Source of the DNA: an uncultured Gemmatimonadales bacterium
GTDB lineage: Bacteria > Gemmatimonadota > Gemmatimonadetes > Gemmatimonadales > GWC2-71-9
Length of the DNA stretch: 64,000 bases
Reading direction: 5' to 3'
Assembly (NCBI GenBank): GCA_963755425.1
Contig: CAVWJI010000001.1
Span: 414,697-478,696 of the forward strand
Each line of letters opens with the position of its first letter. Position 1 is the stretch's first letter. The notes beneath the pieces were generated by a model, which did not search any database, had not been told where the DNA came from, and was given only the letters and a program-made list of their open reading frames with translations. Below are positions 30,518 through 43,829 of the stretch, piece by piece. The translations under genes were made by a program, and so were the position numbers.

Positions 30518-32304
30518 TCGGCTTCACCGCACCCTGGGCGCTGCTCGGCCTGGCCGCCGCGGCCCTGCCGCTGATGCTCCACCTGCTGCAGCGCCACGAG
30601 CCGCCCGAGGTGGTCTTCCCGGCGGTGCGATATCTCGAAGATGCCACCCGCCGCCAGCGACGCCGCGTGCAGCTGCGCAACCTGCTCCTGCTGCTGGTGC
30701 GCACGCTGCTCATCGTGGCCGTGGTCCTGGCGGCCGCCGGTGCCACGTGGCAGCGCGGCTCGATCGGCACCCACGCCCCCACCGCCCTGGTGCTGGTGGT
30801 CGACAACTCGGCGAGCAGCGGCGCCATCGTCGACGGCGAACCGCAACTTGCCGCCCTGGTCGCCGCCGCCGACCGCGTGCTCGACCGCGCCGCACCGACC
30901 GACCGGCTCTGGCTCGTCGCCGCCGACGGCGTGGCGCGCGCCGGCTCGGCGGCCCAGCTCCGGGCGCATCTTCATGAACTCGCCGCCGAACCGGTCCGGC
31001 TCGACCTCGGCGCCGCGATCTCGCACGCGCGTACGCTGATCGCCGCGGCCGGCCTGCCGGGCGAAGTCGTGGTGGCCACCGACGCCCAGCGCACCGCCCT
31101 CGGCCCGGCGCAAGGAAGCGGGCCGCTGCTGGTTGTCCGCCCGGTCACCGCCGAGCCGTCCAACCGCGCCATTGCGCCCTCGCGTCGGGGCTGCAGCCGT
31201 GGAGCCCCGATGGCGGTGAGGTCACCGTCATGGTCACCGCCGAGCGACACCACGCCGGTGCCGGTCACGCTCGCTGGCGGGCGGGCGCGCCGTGCGCGAC
31301 GTGCTGCTCACGCCGGGCGTGCCGTCGGTGCAGCGCATCGGCGCGGTGCCCACCGGCTGGACCACGCTCGCCGCGGTGCTGCCGCCCGACGAATTGCGGC
31401 TCGACGACTCGGTGGCGATATCGCTGCGGGTGGCGCCGCCGGCCGTGGTGTCGTGGGACAGCACCGATCGCTACATCGACGCGGCACTCGCTGTGCTCGC
31501 CGCCGCGGGACGGGTCCGCGCGCGGCAACGGCATCACGCTCGGCACGCTCGGGCCCGGCGCCGAGCGTGGTGTTGCCGCCGGCCGATCCGGCGCAGACCG
31601 GCGCCCTCGATCGCCAGCTCGCAGGCGCGCGGGATCGGCTGGCGCTTCGGCGCCATGGTCGCCGGCGCCGTCGCAGACCGACAGCGTCGACGCTGCTTGC
31701 CGGCCGGGTGTCGCTCGAGCCGCCGCTTGACGCTCGAGCCGATCAGCGGCAACGGCGAGGTGCTGGTCACCGCGGGCGGTTCACCGTGGGTGGTGCGCAG
31801 CGGCAACGTGCGTGCTGGTCGGGTCGCGGTTCGACCCGGCTGGACCGCGCTGCCGCTCACGGCGGCGTTCGTGCCGTTCCTCGACGCCTGCTGACCCGTG
31901 CCGTGCGCGGCGAGCCGCTCGCTCCCGATGCCGTCGCCGGCGAGCCGATCTCACTGCCGGATCGGGTCACCGCGGTGACGCGCGGACGGCGTCACGACGC
32001 CGGTCGAGCGGCTCGGCGTGGCGCCCCGCCGCTCCCGGCGTCTACCGCCTGCTCGCCGGCGGCGACACCGTCGGAGCGGTCACGGTGCGGCATCGACCCG
32101 CGTGAGTCGGCGCTGGCGCGCGCCTCCGACAGCGAGCTGCGCGGCCTGTGGGCCGGCGCCGTCGTCGCCGGCGTCGATCGCGGGTACCGCGCTCGCCTTC
32201 TCGCTGGGCGGGCGCCGTGATCTGCGCGGTCTGTTGCTGCTGCTCGCCTCGCGTGCGTGGTGGCCGAGACATTGCTCGCCGGCAGATTTCGCGCGGCGGC
32301 ATGA
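30515..32304 (+). CDS. BatA-like protein (aerotolerance-regulator N-terminal double-TM domain), multiply frame-interrupted
   Basis: The GTG at 30515 overlaps the DUF58 stop (GTGA). The N-terminus FTAPWALLGLAAAALPLMLHLLQRHEPPEVVFPAVRYL is typical. The C-terminal TM tail LLLLLALACVVAETLLAGRFRAAA ends at the TGA at 32302-32304. Confidence 0.6.
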
Positions 32305-32472
32305 CTGGGTAGATGTACGCATGCGTTGTCCCGCCCGCTGCGACAACGTGTTGACGAGCTGCGGCACGCGGTACCCGCAAACCCGCATTCCATCGGCATT
32401 GCCCGGCGGCACGACTGATGCAGCGCAGCGCGTGTTCGACTTGCGCCCTTCATCGTCCGTTCGGAGCCCATC

Positions 32473-33254
32473 ATGCACGTACGCTACGTCCTCGGCGTCT
32501 GCGCCGCCGTACTCGTTCTCCCCGCAACCGCTTCGGCGCAGCAATTGATCGTCAACGGCGGGTTCGAAACCGGGGACCTCACCGGCTGGCAGGCGTTCAC
32601 CGAGGATGGCAGCATAACCAACGGTGTGTATCCCGACGCCAGCGAGATGTATTCGGTCACCGGCGACATGCTCGCCCCCTATTCGGGAATACGCGACGCC
32701 CGGGCCGTCCGGCGGGTCCTACTATGCGCTGTCGGATGAGAATGACGTTTCCGCCGGTGTGCTCTGCAAACGTTCACCGTGCCATACGCGGTGAGTTCCG
32801 CCACGCTGTCATTCGACATGTTCGTCCAGGACCGGATGACGGGGGGCCTTGTGACGCAACGGGCGTCGGGCGCAATCGAGTTCGATACCGAGTGCTCGCA
32901 ATTCAGTCTCGCCGACCTCTGGGCCGGCGATCTGAGCGCCGGTGATCCGTTCGCCGCCGGCATCGGCGCCAGCGACTATCTGGCCTACACCGGCATTGAA
33001 CCGACCCGCCGTTCGGCCAGTGGCAGACCTACACTTACGACCTGTCGGGATTCCTCGCGCCTGGCACCTACACGCTTCGCTTCGCCACGGTCGACAACCA
33101 GTATTACTACCAGCAGGGCATCGACAACGTCTCGCTCGTAGTGACGCCCGCGGCCGTGCCCGAGCCGTCGACCGTCTCCCTCCTGGCACTCGGCCTGCCG
33201 TTGCTCGGGGCCGGCACCGTGCGCCGCCGCCGCCCCCGCCGCCGAACCGCCTGA
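32473..33254 (+). CDS. PEP-CTERM-anchored secreted protein, split over about 3 frames
   Basis: Signal peptide MHVRYVLGVCAAVLVLPATASAQ. The C-terminal sorting signal VPEPSTVSLLALGLPLLGAGTVRRRRPRRR ends at the TGA at 33252-33254. Confidence 0.7.
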
Positions 33255-33427
33255 TCGGCGCCCACGCGACCCCCGAACGCCGGCCTCCTCACGAAGCCGG
33301 CGTTCGTCGTTCCGGCCCCCGGTGGTTGCACGGACACCCGGTCTCCCCTATTTTCCACCCCGTTCACCGTGCTGCGCCGACACCGTCGTCGCGGTGCGGA
33401 CTTCTTTGTGATGGCAATGTCGAACCT

Positions 33428-36712
<3,285 letters not shown>

Positions 36713-36746
36713 GGCCGATTCTCTTTCACGGGATCTGAGGAGTCTG

Positions 36747-38249
36747 ATGCGGCGTAATCTGGCAGTCGTGGCGGCGATGGCCGCCGTGCTCGGTGGATGC
36801 AGCGTGTTTTCGGCCCATACCAACGAGGCCGCGTCGGCGGCGGGGCAGGAGTTCACCTCGCAGCAGATGGCGGCACTGATGACGGCCGGCAAGGGCGTGC
36901 CGCTCACCACCCAGACGGCGCAGATCGTCGCCGACATCTGGGTCGACCTGACGGTCTTCTCGCAGGCGGTCGCCGACAACAGCTTCAAGCCCGACTCCGC
37001 CCAGATCGCCGCAGGCGATGTTCCTCCCGATCGCGTTCGACAAGGCGCGCAGCCTCAAGGACTCGCTGGTCTCGACCCGGGCCGACGTCACCCAGGCGGA
37101 GATCGACAGCGCCTGGAAGGCCGACAAGCAGCGCGTCATCCAGCACATCCTCATCAAGGTCGATTCGTCGGCCACGCCCGGCCCAGAAGGCGGCCGCGCG
37201 GAAGAAGATCGATTCGCTCCTCACCGTGCTGCTCAACGGCGCCAATTTCGGCGTCGGTCGCGCACGCCAATTCCGAGGACATCGGCTCGGTGCCCGACAG
37301 CGGCATGATGCCGCCGGTTCCGGAGAACTTCTTCGTGCCGTCGTTCTCCAAGGTCGCCTGGTCGCTCAAGCCCGGCGAGATGAGCGGCGTGGTGACCACC
37401 GAGTTCGGCTATCACATCATCCGCCGTCCGACCGAGGTCGAGGCGACGCGGATGTGGCGTCAGGCCCTGGCGCAGGACAAGTTCCAGCGCCTCGGTGACT
37501 CATTGGTGCAGGCCGTACATGAGCGAGCTGGCCAGGCAGCGCGACCTCAAGGTCGACCACGACGCCATCCCGCGGCTCCGCGCCGCGCTGGCCGATCCCG
37601 ACGCCAAGCGCAACGACAAGTCGGCGCTGGCCAGCTACGACGGCGGCACGTTCACGGTGGCCGACTTCGTCCACTGGCTGATCGCGGCCCAGCCCAATCC
37701 CGGCCAGGGCCAGCAGATGCTGGCCCAGATGCGCGCGCGCGCCCGACAGCGTCATGCCGCAGATGATCACCGGCGTCGCGAGCACCGAATTGCTGGTGCA
37801 GGACGCCGACAAGCGCCACATCACGCTGGCGCCGGCCACGTGGCAGGCCATCCGCGACAGCTTCAACATGGCCGTCGACACGCTCAAGTCCGACCTCGGC
37901 CTCGACAAGCTCGATCCCGGCGGCCAGCAAGAGCGCGCGGTCGAAGCAGGCCGCCGAGCATGGTCGCCGGGTACCTCGATTCGCTGGTGGCCGGGCCGGC
38001 ACATGCTCCGCATGCCGCCGGGGCTGCTCGCGTGGGACATGCGCGGCAACAGCCACGTGTCCATCAACGGCGTGGGGCTCAAGCACGCCGTCGATCTCGC
38101 CGTGGCCAAGACCGGTGGTGACAGCGTGAGCGGCGCGCTGCAGAAGGCGCCCGGGCCGGCGCCGATGCCCGCGCCGGACGGTGCGGCACCGCCGGCGCCG
38201 CCGGCCAAGTCGGGCGGCGACACCGTCGCCGGGCGCCAGGAAGCCGTGA
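36747..38249 (+). CDS. parvulin-type peptidyl-prolyl isomerase lipoprotein (PrsA/SurA-like), multiply frame-interrupted
   Basis: SD GAGGAG precedes the ATG at 36747. The lipobox is AAVLGGC. The parvulin core is HILIKV...GANF..VA...SED.GS...G...FF...F....W.LKPGEMSGVVTTEFGYHIIR. The proposed stop TGA at 38247-38249 overlaps the next GTG, so the 3' end is uncertain. Confidence 0.65.
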
Positions 38250-39624
38250 CCCGCCGGGCGATTCGCCGGCTCGCTCGCGGCGCTCCTGGTCGGAGCGGGC
38301 GCCGCGAGTCTGCCCGCGTTCGCCCCGGCGTCGCTGGCCCGCGCCGCGGCCCAGGGCCGCCGGGCGACACGGTGGTCGACCGGATCGCGGCGGTGGTCGG
38401 CAACACCGCCATCCCGATGTCGCGGGTCAGCGAGGAAGTGTTCACCCTGCAGCAGACCCGCCAGCAGCAGGGGCTGCCGCTGCTGCAGGATTCCGCCGCC
38501 ATCCGGGCGCTCACCCATCAGGTGCTCGACACGCTCATCGCCGTCGAGCTGATGTACCAGCAGGCCCGCAACGACACCAGCATCAAGGTGACCGACCAGG
38601 AAGTGACCGACGCCGTCGAGGCGCAGGTCCGCAACCTCCGCAAGCAGACCACCTCGGTCGACAACCTGAACTCCGAACTCAACCGCGCCGGCTTCAAGTC
38701 GCTCGACGATTACCGCCAGTGGCTCGCCACGCAGCAGCGCCGCCAGCTCTACATCTCGCGCTTCCAGCAGGAGCTGTCGGACAACAAGACCATCAAGCCG
38801 ATCAACCCCACCGAGAAGGAGATGCGCGCCTTCTACAAGGCCAATCTGCCGATGTTCGGCGATGTGCCGGCCACGGTGTCGTTCAAGCAGATCGTGATCG
38901 CGCCCAGGCCGGATTCGGCCGCCACCGCCCGCACCATCGTGCTGGCGGATTCGATCATCGCCGAATTGCGCAAGGGCGCCTCGTTCGGCCAGGCGGCGCG
39001 GCGCTACTCGATGGACCCGACGACGGCCGCCGACAGCGGCGACCTGGGCTGGTTTCCGCACGGCAAGATGGTCCCGGCGTTCGACAAGGTGGCGTTCGCG
39101 CTGCCGGTGGGGCAGATCTCCAACCCGGTGGTGTCGGAGTTCGGCATTCACATCATCCAGGTGCTGCGCCGCGAGCCCACCGAAGTGCACGCCCGCCACA
39201 TCCTGCTGGTCCCGCCGGTCGACTCCGCCGATGCCGCGAAGGCGCACGCCCTGGCCGATTCGATCAGCGGGCTGCTGGCCCGGGGCGCATCGTTCGATTC
39301 GCTGCAGAAGCTCTACACCGACCAGGTGGAGGAGAAGGAAGTCGATGAAACGCCGCTCCCCGGCCTGCCGGACGCCTACAACAAGGCACTCGCCGGACTC
39401 GACAGCGGCCAGACGACGCCCGGCCTTTGCGCTGGTCGATTCGACCGACGCCCTGCGGACCAAGTGGGCCATCGTGCGGGTCATCGGGCGCGCGCCGGCC
39501 GGGCAGCCGACGTTCGAGTCGCTCAAGCCCCGCATCGAGAGCGTACTCAGCCAGCAGCTTGGCGAACAGACCTACATCAATGCAGCTTCGCGCCAAGACG
39601 TACATCGACATCCGCTTGCCGTGA
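38246..39624 (+). CDS. surA: SurA-like periplasmic chaperone / parvulin PPIase, frame-interrupted
   Basis: VDRIAAVVGNTAIPMSRV is the SurA N-domain. The parvulin core is SFKQIVI...RRYSMDPTTAADSGDLGWFPHGKMVPAFDKVAFALPVGQISNPVVSEFGIHIIQV. It ends ...YINQLRAKTYIDIRLP at 39624. Lying immediately upstream of pdxA matches the classical surA-pdxA linkage. Confidence 0.75.
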
Positions 39625-40523
39625 ACGCCCCGGCGCGACTCGCGGTGACCCTTGGTGATCCCCGCGGGATCGGGCCCGAAATTGTCGCCGCCGTCCTTCG
39701 AACGCCGCTCGACGCCCACGTGACCATCATCGGCGCCCGCGAACAGGTTGCCGACATCCCCGCCGATCAACGGATCGCCACCGGCCCCTGGCCCGCCGAC
39801 GGCCCGCACGGCGCCGCGCACGCCGGCCTGATCGCCGGGCGCGCCATCGAGCAGGCAGCCCGCCTGGCGCTCGACGGGACCGTCGACGCCATCGTCACCG
39901 CGCCGATCGAGAAACACGCCATCCACCTCGCCGGCTTTCCTTTTCCCGGTCACACCGAATGGCTGGCGCATCTTGCCGGCGACCTGCCGGTGGCGATGAT
40001 GCTCGCCAGCGACCGGCTGCGGGTGGTGCTGGTCACCACCCACATCGCGCTGCGCGACGTGCCGCTGGTGCTCACCACCGACCTGATCGTGCGCGTCGGC
40101 GAGGTGACCCGGCGCGGGCTGCAGCGCTGGTTCGGGATGGCCGAGCCGCGGCTGGCGCTCTGCGCGCTCAACCCGCACGCCGGCGAGCAGGGGCTCTTCG
40201 GTGACGAGGAAGCGCGGGTCATGCTCCCCGCCGCGGCGCGACTCGGCGCGGCGGGCCCGTTCCCCGCCGACACCGTCTTCGTCCGCGCCATGCGCGGGGA
40301 ATTCGACGCCGTGCTCGCGCCCTACCACGACGTCGGCATGACCGCCATCAAGGTGGCGTCGTTCGGCAGCGCCGTGAACGTCACCCTCGGCCTGCCGTTC
40401 ATCCGCACCTCGCCCGACCACGGTACCGCCCTCGATATTGCCGGCACCGGCACGGCCGATCCATCGAGCATGGCCGCCGCCGTCCATCTCGCCATCGATC
40501 TCGCCCAGCGGAGCCGCCGATGA
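39621..40523 (+). CDS. pdxA: 4-hydroxythreonine-4-phosphate dehydrogenase
   Basis: The GTG at 39621 overlaps the upstream stop (GTGA). Motifs are LGDPRGIGPEI, TAPIEKHA...FPGHTEWLA, ALNPHAGE and RTSPDHGTALDIAG. Confidence 0.9.
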   Translation: MNAPARLAVTLGDPRGIGPEIVAAVLRTPLDAHVTIIGAREQVADIPADQRIATGPWPADGPHGAAHAGLIAGRAIEQAARLALDGTVDAIVTAPIEKHAIHLAGFPFPGHTEWLAHLAGDLPVAMMLASDRLRVVLVTTHIALRDVPLVLTTDLIVRVGEVTRRGLQRWFGMAEPRLALCALNPHAGEQGLFGDEEARVMLPAAARLGAAGPFPADTVFVRAMRGEFDAVLAPYHDVGMTAIKVASFGSAVNVTLGLPFIRTSPDHGTALDIAGTGTADPSSMAAAVHLAIDLAQRSRR

Positions 40524-41266
40524 CGTTGCGCGTTTCGGTCCTGATTCCCGTCTACAACGAGTCCCGGACGCTCGAGGCGCTGGTCGAGCGGGTGCGATCG
40601 GTGCCGTTCGACAAGGAGATCGTCTGCGTCAACGACGCCTCCACCGACGGCAGCGGCGACATCCTCGACCGGCTGCTGGCGTCGGGCCGGGTCGACGTGG
40701 TACGCCACCACCCGGCCAACCGCGGCAAGGGCGCCGCGATCCGCACCGCCATCGAGGCCGCCACCGGCGACGTCATCGTGGTGCAGGATGCCGACCTGGA
40801 ATACAACCCGGCCGAGATTCCGGCGCTGCTGGCACCGCTGGAGCGGGGCGAGGCCGACGCTGTCTTCGGGTCGCGGTTCCTCGGCGGGCCCCACCGCGTG
40901 CTCTACTTCTGGCATTCGGTCGGCAATGCGCTGCTCACGCTGATGTCGAACATGTGCACCGATCTCAACCTGACCGACATGGAGACGTGCTACAAGGTGG
41001 TGCACGCGCCGCTGATGAAGCGGCTGATCCTCACGTCGGACCGGTTCGGATTCGAACCCGAGATCGTGGCCCGGCTGGCGCAGGCGCACGCCCGCATCTG
41101 GGAGCTGCCGATTTCCTACTCGGGCCGCACCTACGAGGAAGGGAAGAAGATCGGCTGGCGCGACGGCATGGCGGCGTTCTGGCACATCTTCCGCTTCAAC
41201 CTGGTGCCGCCGCGGAATCCGGGGGTGCGCCAGAAGGTGCGGGACCGGTTTGCGCCCTGGCCGTGA
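40520..41266 (+). CDS. glycosyltransferase family 2
   Basis: Intact 248-aa ORF whose ATG overlaps the pdxA stop (ATGA). Motifs are VLIPVYNE, CVNDASTDGS and VQDADLEYNP. Confidence 0.9.
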   Translation: MTLRVSVLIPVYNESRTLEALVERVRSVPFDKEIVCVNDASTDGSGDILDRLLASGRVDVVRHHPANRGKGAAIRTAIEAATGDVIVVQDADLEYNPAEIPALLAPLERGEADAVFGSRFLGGPHRVLYFWHSVGNALLTLMSNMCTDLNLTDMETCYKVVHAPLMKRLILTSDRFGFEPEIVARLAQAHARIWELPISYSGRTYEEGKKIGWRDGMAAFWHIFRFNLVPPRNPGVRQKVRDRFAPWP

Positions 41267-42563
41267 CCTTCACCACCTTCACCCGCCGCCCCGCCATCGC
41301 GGCGATCTCGAAGCGATGATCTGCCGTTTCCACGGTGTCGCCCACCTTCGGCAACCGGCCCAGCTGGCCGAAGAGGAATCCGCCCAGCGTGGTGTATTCG
41401 GTGTCGTCGAGCGTCGTGTCGAAGCGCCGGTTGAAGTCCGACACCGGCAGCGAACCGGGCAGCAGTGACGCTCCGTCGGTGGCCGCCACACTCGCCTGCC
41501 GCACCAGGTCGTACTCGTCGTAGATCTCGCCCACGATCTCTTCGAGCAGATCTTCCATCGTGACCAGGCCGGCGGTGCCGCCGTATTCGTCGAGCACCAC
41601 GGCGAGATGGGTCTTGAGCCGCTTCATGTCGGCCAGCACGTCTTCGACTTCGCGGCTCCCCGGCACGAACAGCGGCGGGCGCATGATGCCGCGCACCGGC
41701 GAGTCCGGCGCCTCCCGCAGCGCCCGGAGCACGTCCTTGGCGTGCACCACGCCCACGATGTCGTCGAGCGAGGCGCCGTACACCGGGTAGCGCGACCGCC
41801 CCGCCCGGGCCACCACATCGGCGGCCTGGTCGACCGAACTGTCGGCCGCCACCGCCACCATGTCCGTCCGGGGCGTCATGACTTCGATCGCCGTCTTCTC
41901 ACTGAACTCGAAGACCCCTTCGAGCAACCGGGCGTCCTCCCGTTCCAGCGAGCCGGCGCGGCCCGACTGTGCCACCATGATGCGCAGTTCTTCCGGTGAG
42001 TGCAGGGGGGCGCGTTGGGACAGCTTGCCCATCCCCATCAATCGGAGCAGCCCGTTGGCCGAGCCGCGCAGGACCGCGATGGGGTAGGACATGACCCAGG
42101 CGAACCCGAGAAGCGGGGCGGCCACCCAGCAGGCCACCGCTTCGGCGTGCAGCAGCGCGATGGCCTTGGGGACCAGTTCGCCCAGGATGATGTCCACCAC
42201 GGTGATCAGCGCGAACGCAATCGCCACCGCCACGCCGTGGGTGGCGATGCCGGCCACGGCCGCCGGCAGCCCGGTGAAGAGATGCTCGATACCGCCGGCG
42301 ACCCAGGGTTCGCCCACCCATCCCAGGCCCAGCGAGGCCAGCGTGATGCCCAGCTGGGTCGCCGAGATCACCCGGTCGAGGGTGTTGATCGCCTTGAGCG
42401 CCAGCGTAGCTTTTCGGTTGCCGGCGTGGACCATTTCCTGCAGCCGGCTGCGGCGTGAGGAGACGATCGCAAATTCCGCCGACACGAAGAAGGCGTTGGC
42501 ACCGACGAGCGCGAGGACGATGACGATCCCGAGCAGGATGGGCGATGCGGGGGTGGCGGGCAT
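41196..42563 (-). CDS. hemolysin-family membrane protein TlyC/CorC type (DUF21-CBS pair-CorC_HlyC)
   Basis: The ATG at 42563 lies inside ORF 41196..43421. The sequence has an N-terminal 4-TM DUF21-like region, a CBS pair (VMTPRTDMV...RYPVY) and a CorC C-domain (GGFLFGQLGRLPKVGD). Confidence 0.9.
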   Translation of the reverse strand: MPATPASPILLGIVIVLALVGANAFFVSAEFAIVSSRRSRLQEMVHAGNRKATLALKAINTLDRVISATQLGITLASLGLGWVGEPWVAGGIEHLFTGLPAAVAGIATHGVAVAIAFALITVVDIILGELVPKAIALLHAEAVACWVAAPLLGFAWVMSYPIAVLRGSANGLLRLMGMGKLSQRAPLHSPEELRIMVAQSGRAGSLEREDARLLEGVFEFSEKTAIEVMTPRTDMVAVAADSSVDQAADVVARAGRSRYPVYGASLDDIVGVVHAKDVLRALREAPDSPVRGIMRPPLFVPGSREVEDVLADMKRLKTHLAVVLDEYGGTAGLVTMEDLLEEIVGEIYDEYDLVRQASVAATDGASLLPGSLPVSDFNRRFDTTLDDTEYTTLGGFLFGQLGRLPKVGDTVETADHRFEIAAMAGRRVKVVKVTARAQTGPAPSGAPPDSAAAPG

Positions 42564-43521
42564 GGCCCCCAAGGTTAAGGGTGGCGGCACGCCGCCGGGA
42601 GAGCACCACGACCCCGGCGGCGGGCAGCACCTGCCGCGCAAGTTCGCCCTGGTATTGGGGTTGACCGCGTTGTTCACCCTCGTCGAGGTGGTCGGCGGCA
42701 TGCTGGCCAACTCGCTCACGCTGCTCGCCGACGCCGGCCACATGGGCACCGATGTCGCCGCCCTCGGCCTGGCGCTGGCCGGCGCGCGCATGGCGCAGCG
42801 GCGGGACGGCTCCGCCCAGCGCTTCGGCAATCTGCGCTGGGAGATCCTCGCCGCCCTGCTCAACGGCCTGGCCCTCTTCGTCATCGGCGCCGGCATCACC
42901 CTGGCCGCCATCGACCGCTTCTTCAGCCCGCGGGTGGTCAACGCATCGCTTTTCGGCGGCGTCGCCCTCGCCGGTATCGTCGTCAACCTCGTCTCTCTCT
43001 CGGTGCTGCACGGCCACCGCGGCCACAGCCTCAACGCCCGCGGCGCGTACCTCCACATCCTCGGTGACATTCTCGGGTCGGTCGGCGCGCTGGTGGCGGC
43101 GATCATCATCCACTTCACCGGCTGGATGCGCGTCGATCCGGTCATCTCGGTGCTGGTCTCGGTGATCATCCTCCGCAGCGCGTGGCGGCTGGTGCGCGAG
43201 AGCAGCGTCATCCTGCTCGATCGCGCCCCGGAGAGCGTTCCCGCCGGCGACGTCGAAGGATCGCTTCTCGGCGTGGGCGGCGTGTCACGCGTGCACGATG
43301 TCCATGTCTGGTCCATCACCAGCGGCCTGGTGGCGATGAGCGCCCACGTCGTCGTTCCCGACCTGGTGTCGCACCCCGGCGTCCGGCACGAACTGGAAGA
43401 CGCCATGAGCCACCTCGGCATCCGTCACGTCACGATCCAGCTGGAAACCGGCGGCGACTGCGAGGCGGAACGGTGCGGGGAAGAGGTGCCGGTTTCGGTG
43501 GGACATTCGCATCAACACTGA
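42562..43521 (+). CDS. cation diffusion facilitator family transporter (CzcD/ZitB-like)
   Basis: The ATG at 42562 lies inside ORF 42091..43521. Motifs are SLTLLADAGHMGTDV, AYLHILGDILGSVG and a His-rich C-terminus. Confidence 0.9.
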   Translation: MAPKVKGGGTPPGEHHDPGGGQHLPRKFALVLGLTALFTLVEVVGGMLANSLTLLADAGHMGTDVAALGLALAGARMAQRRDGSAQRFGNLRWEILAALLNGLALFVIGAGITLAAIDRFFSPRVVNASLFGGVALAGIVVNLVSLSVLHGHRGHSLNARGAYLHILGDILGSVGALVAAIIIHFTGWMRVDPVISVLVSVIILRSAWRLVRESSVILLDRAPESVPAGDVEGSLLGVGGVSRVHDVHVWSITSGLVAMSAHVVVPDLVSHPGVRHELEDAMSHLGIRHVTIQLETGGDCEAERCGEEVPVSVGHSHQH

Positions 43522-43768
43522 TAAGGCGCCGGAAGCCCAAAACTGAAAAGGCGCCCAGGGCCCATGGCCCCGCGCACGATGCTCGGCATGTGCTACCGCC
43601 GGAGCGCGTCGCGGCAGCGGTCGCATGGCGGTCCGTCAGCTCACGGCCTTCGGTCCGCGCGCCGAGTTCCGTATTCGAGGCCGTGGGCCATGGGCTATGG
43701 CCGCCGTTTGCTGTTCCCTTGCCCCACCCACCCACCCGGTCTATATATGCGCCCGGAAGCGGGCCTTT

Positions 43769-43820
43769 GGCTCACGGCTCACGACTCACGACTCACGACT
43801 CGCGACTCACGACTGACTGA
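43769..43820. repeat. degenerate heptanucleotide repeat (CTCACGR)x6 plus decayed units, in the typA leader
   Basis: The sequence GGCTCACGGCTCACGACTCACGACTCACGACTCGCGACTCACGACTGACTGACTCC ends 10 nt before the GTG start of typA. Confidence 0.9.
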
Positions 43821-43829
43821 CTCCCCCCT

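Noticed and set aside
29601-32304. DUF58 and BatA-like genes treated as a complete Bat/MoxR aerotolerance operon.
   Set aside because: The MoxR AAA+ ATPase gene, which normally precedes DUF58, is absent. Upstream lies a divergent CMD-family gene. No vWA BatB/BatC-type genes could be confirmed in the heavily frameshifted region. This is an ordinary partial cluster.
41196-41266. A 71-nt convergent overlap between the 3' ends of the GT2 gene (40520..41266) and the TlyC/CorC-like gene (41196..42563).
   Set aside because: It is probably just unconstrained C-terminal tails in stop-poor GC-rich DNA. Both tails are low-complexity (Pro/Ala/Gly-rich) beyond the conserved domains. There is no evidence of functional significance.
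43522-43741. Possible small RNA or terminator in the 300-nt gap between the CDF transporter gene and typA.
   Set aside because: Only weak 6-bp pairings were found (GGCGCC...GGCGCC), with no T-tract and no recognisable riboswitch or ncRNA motif. The better-supported features, the TATATA box, the hairpin and the heptads, are reported separately.
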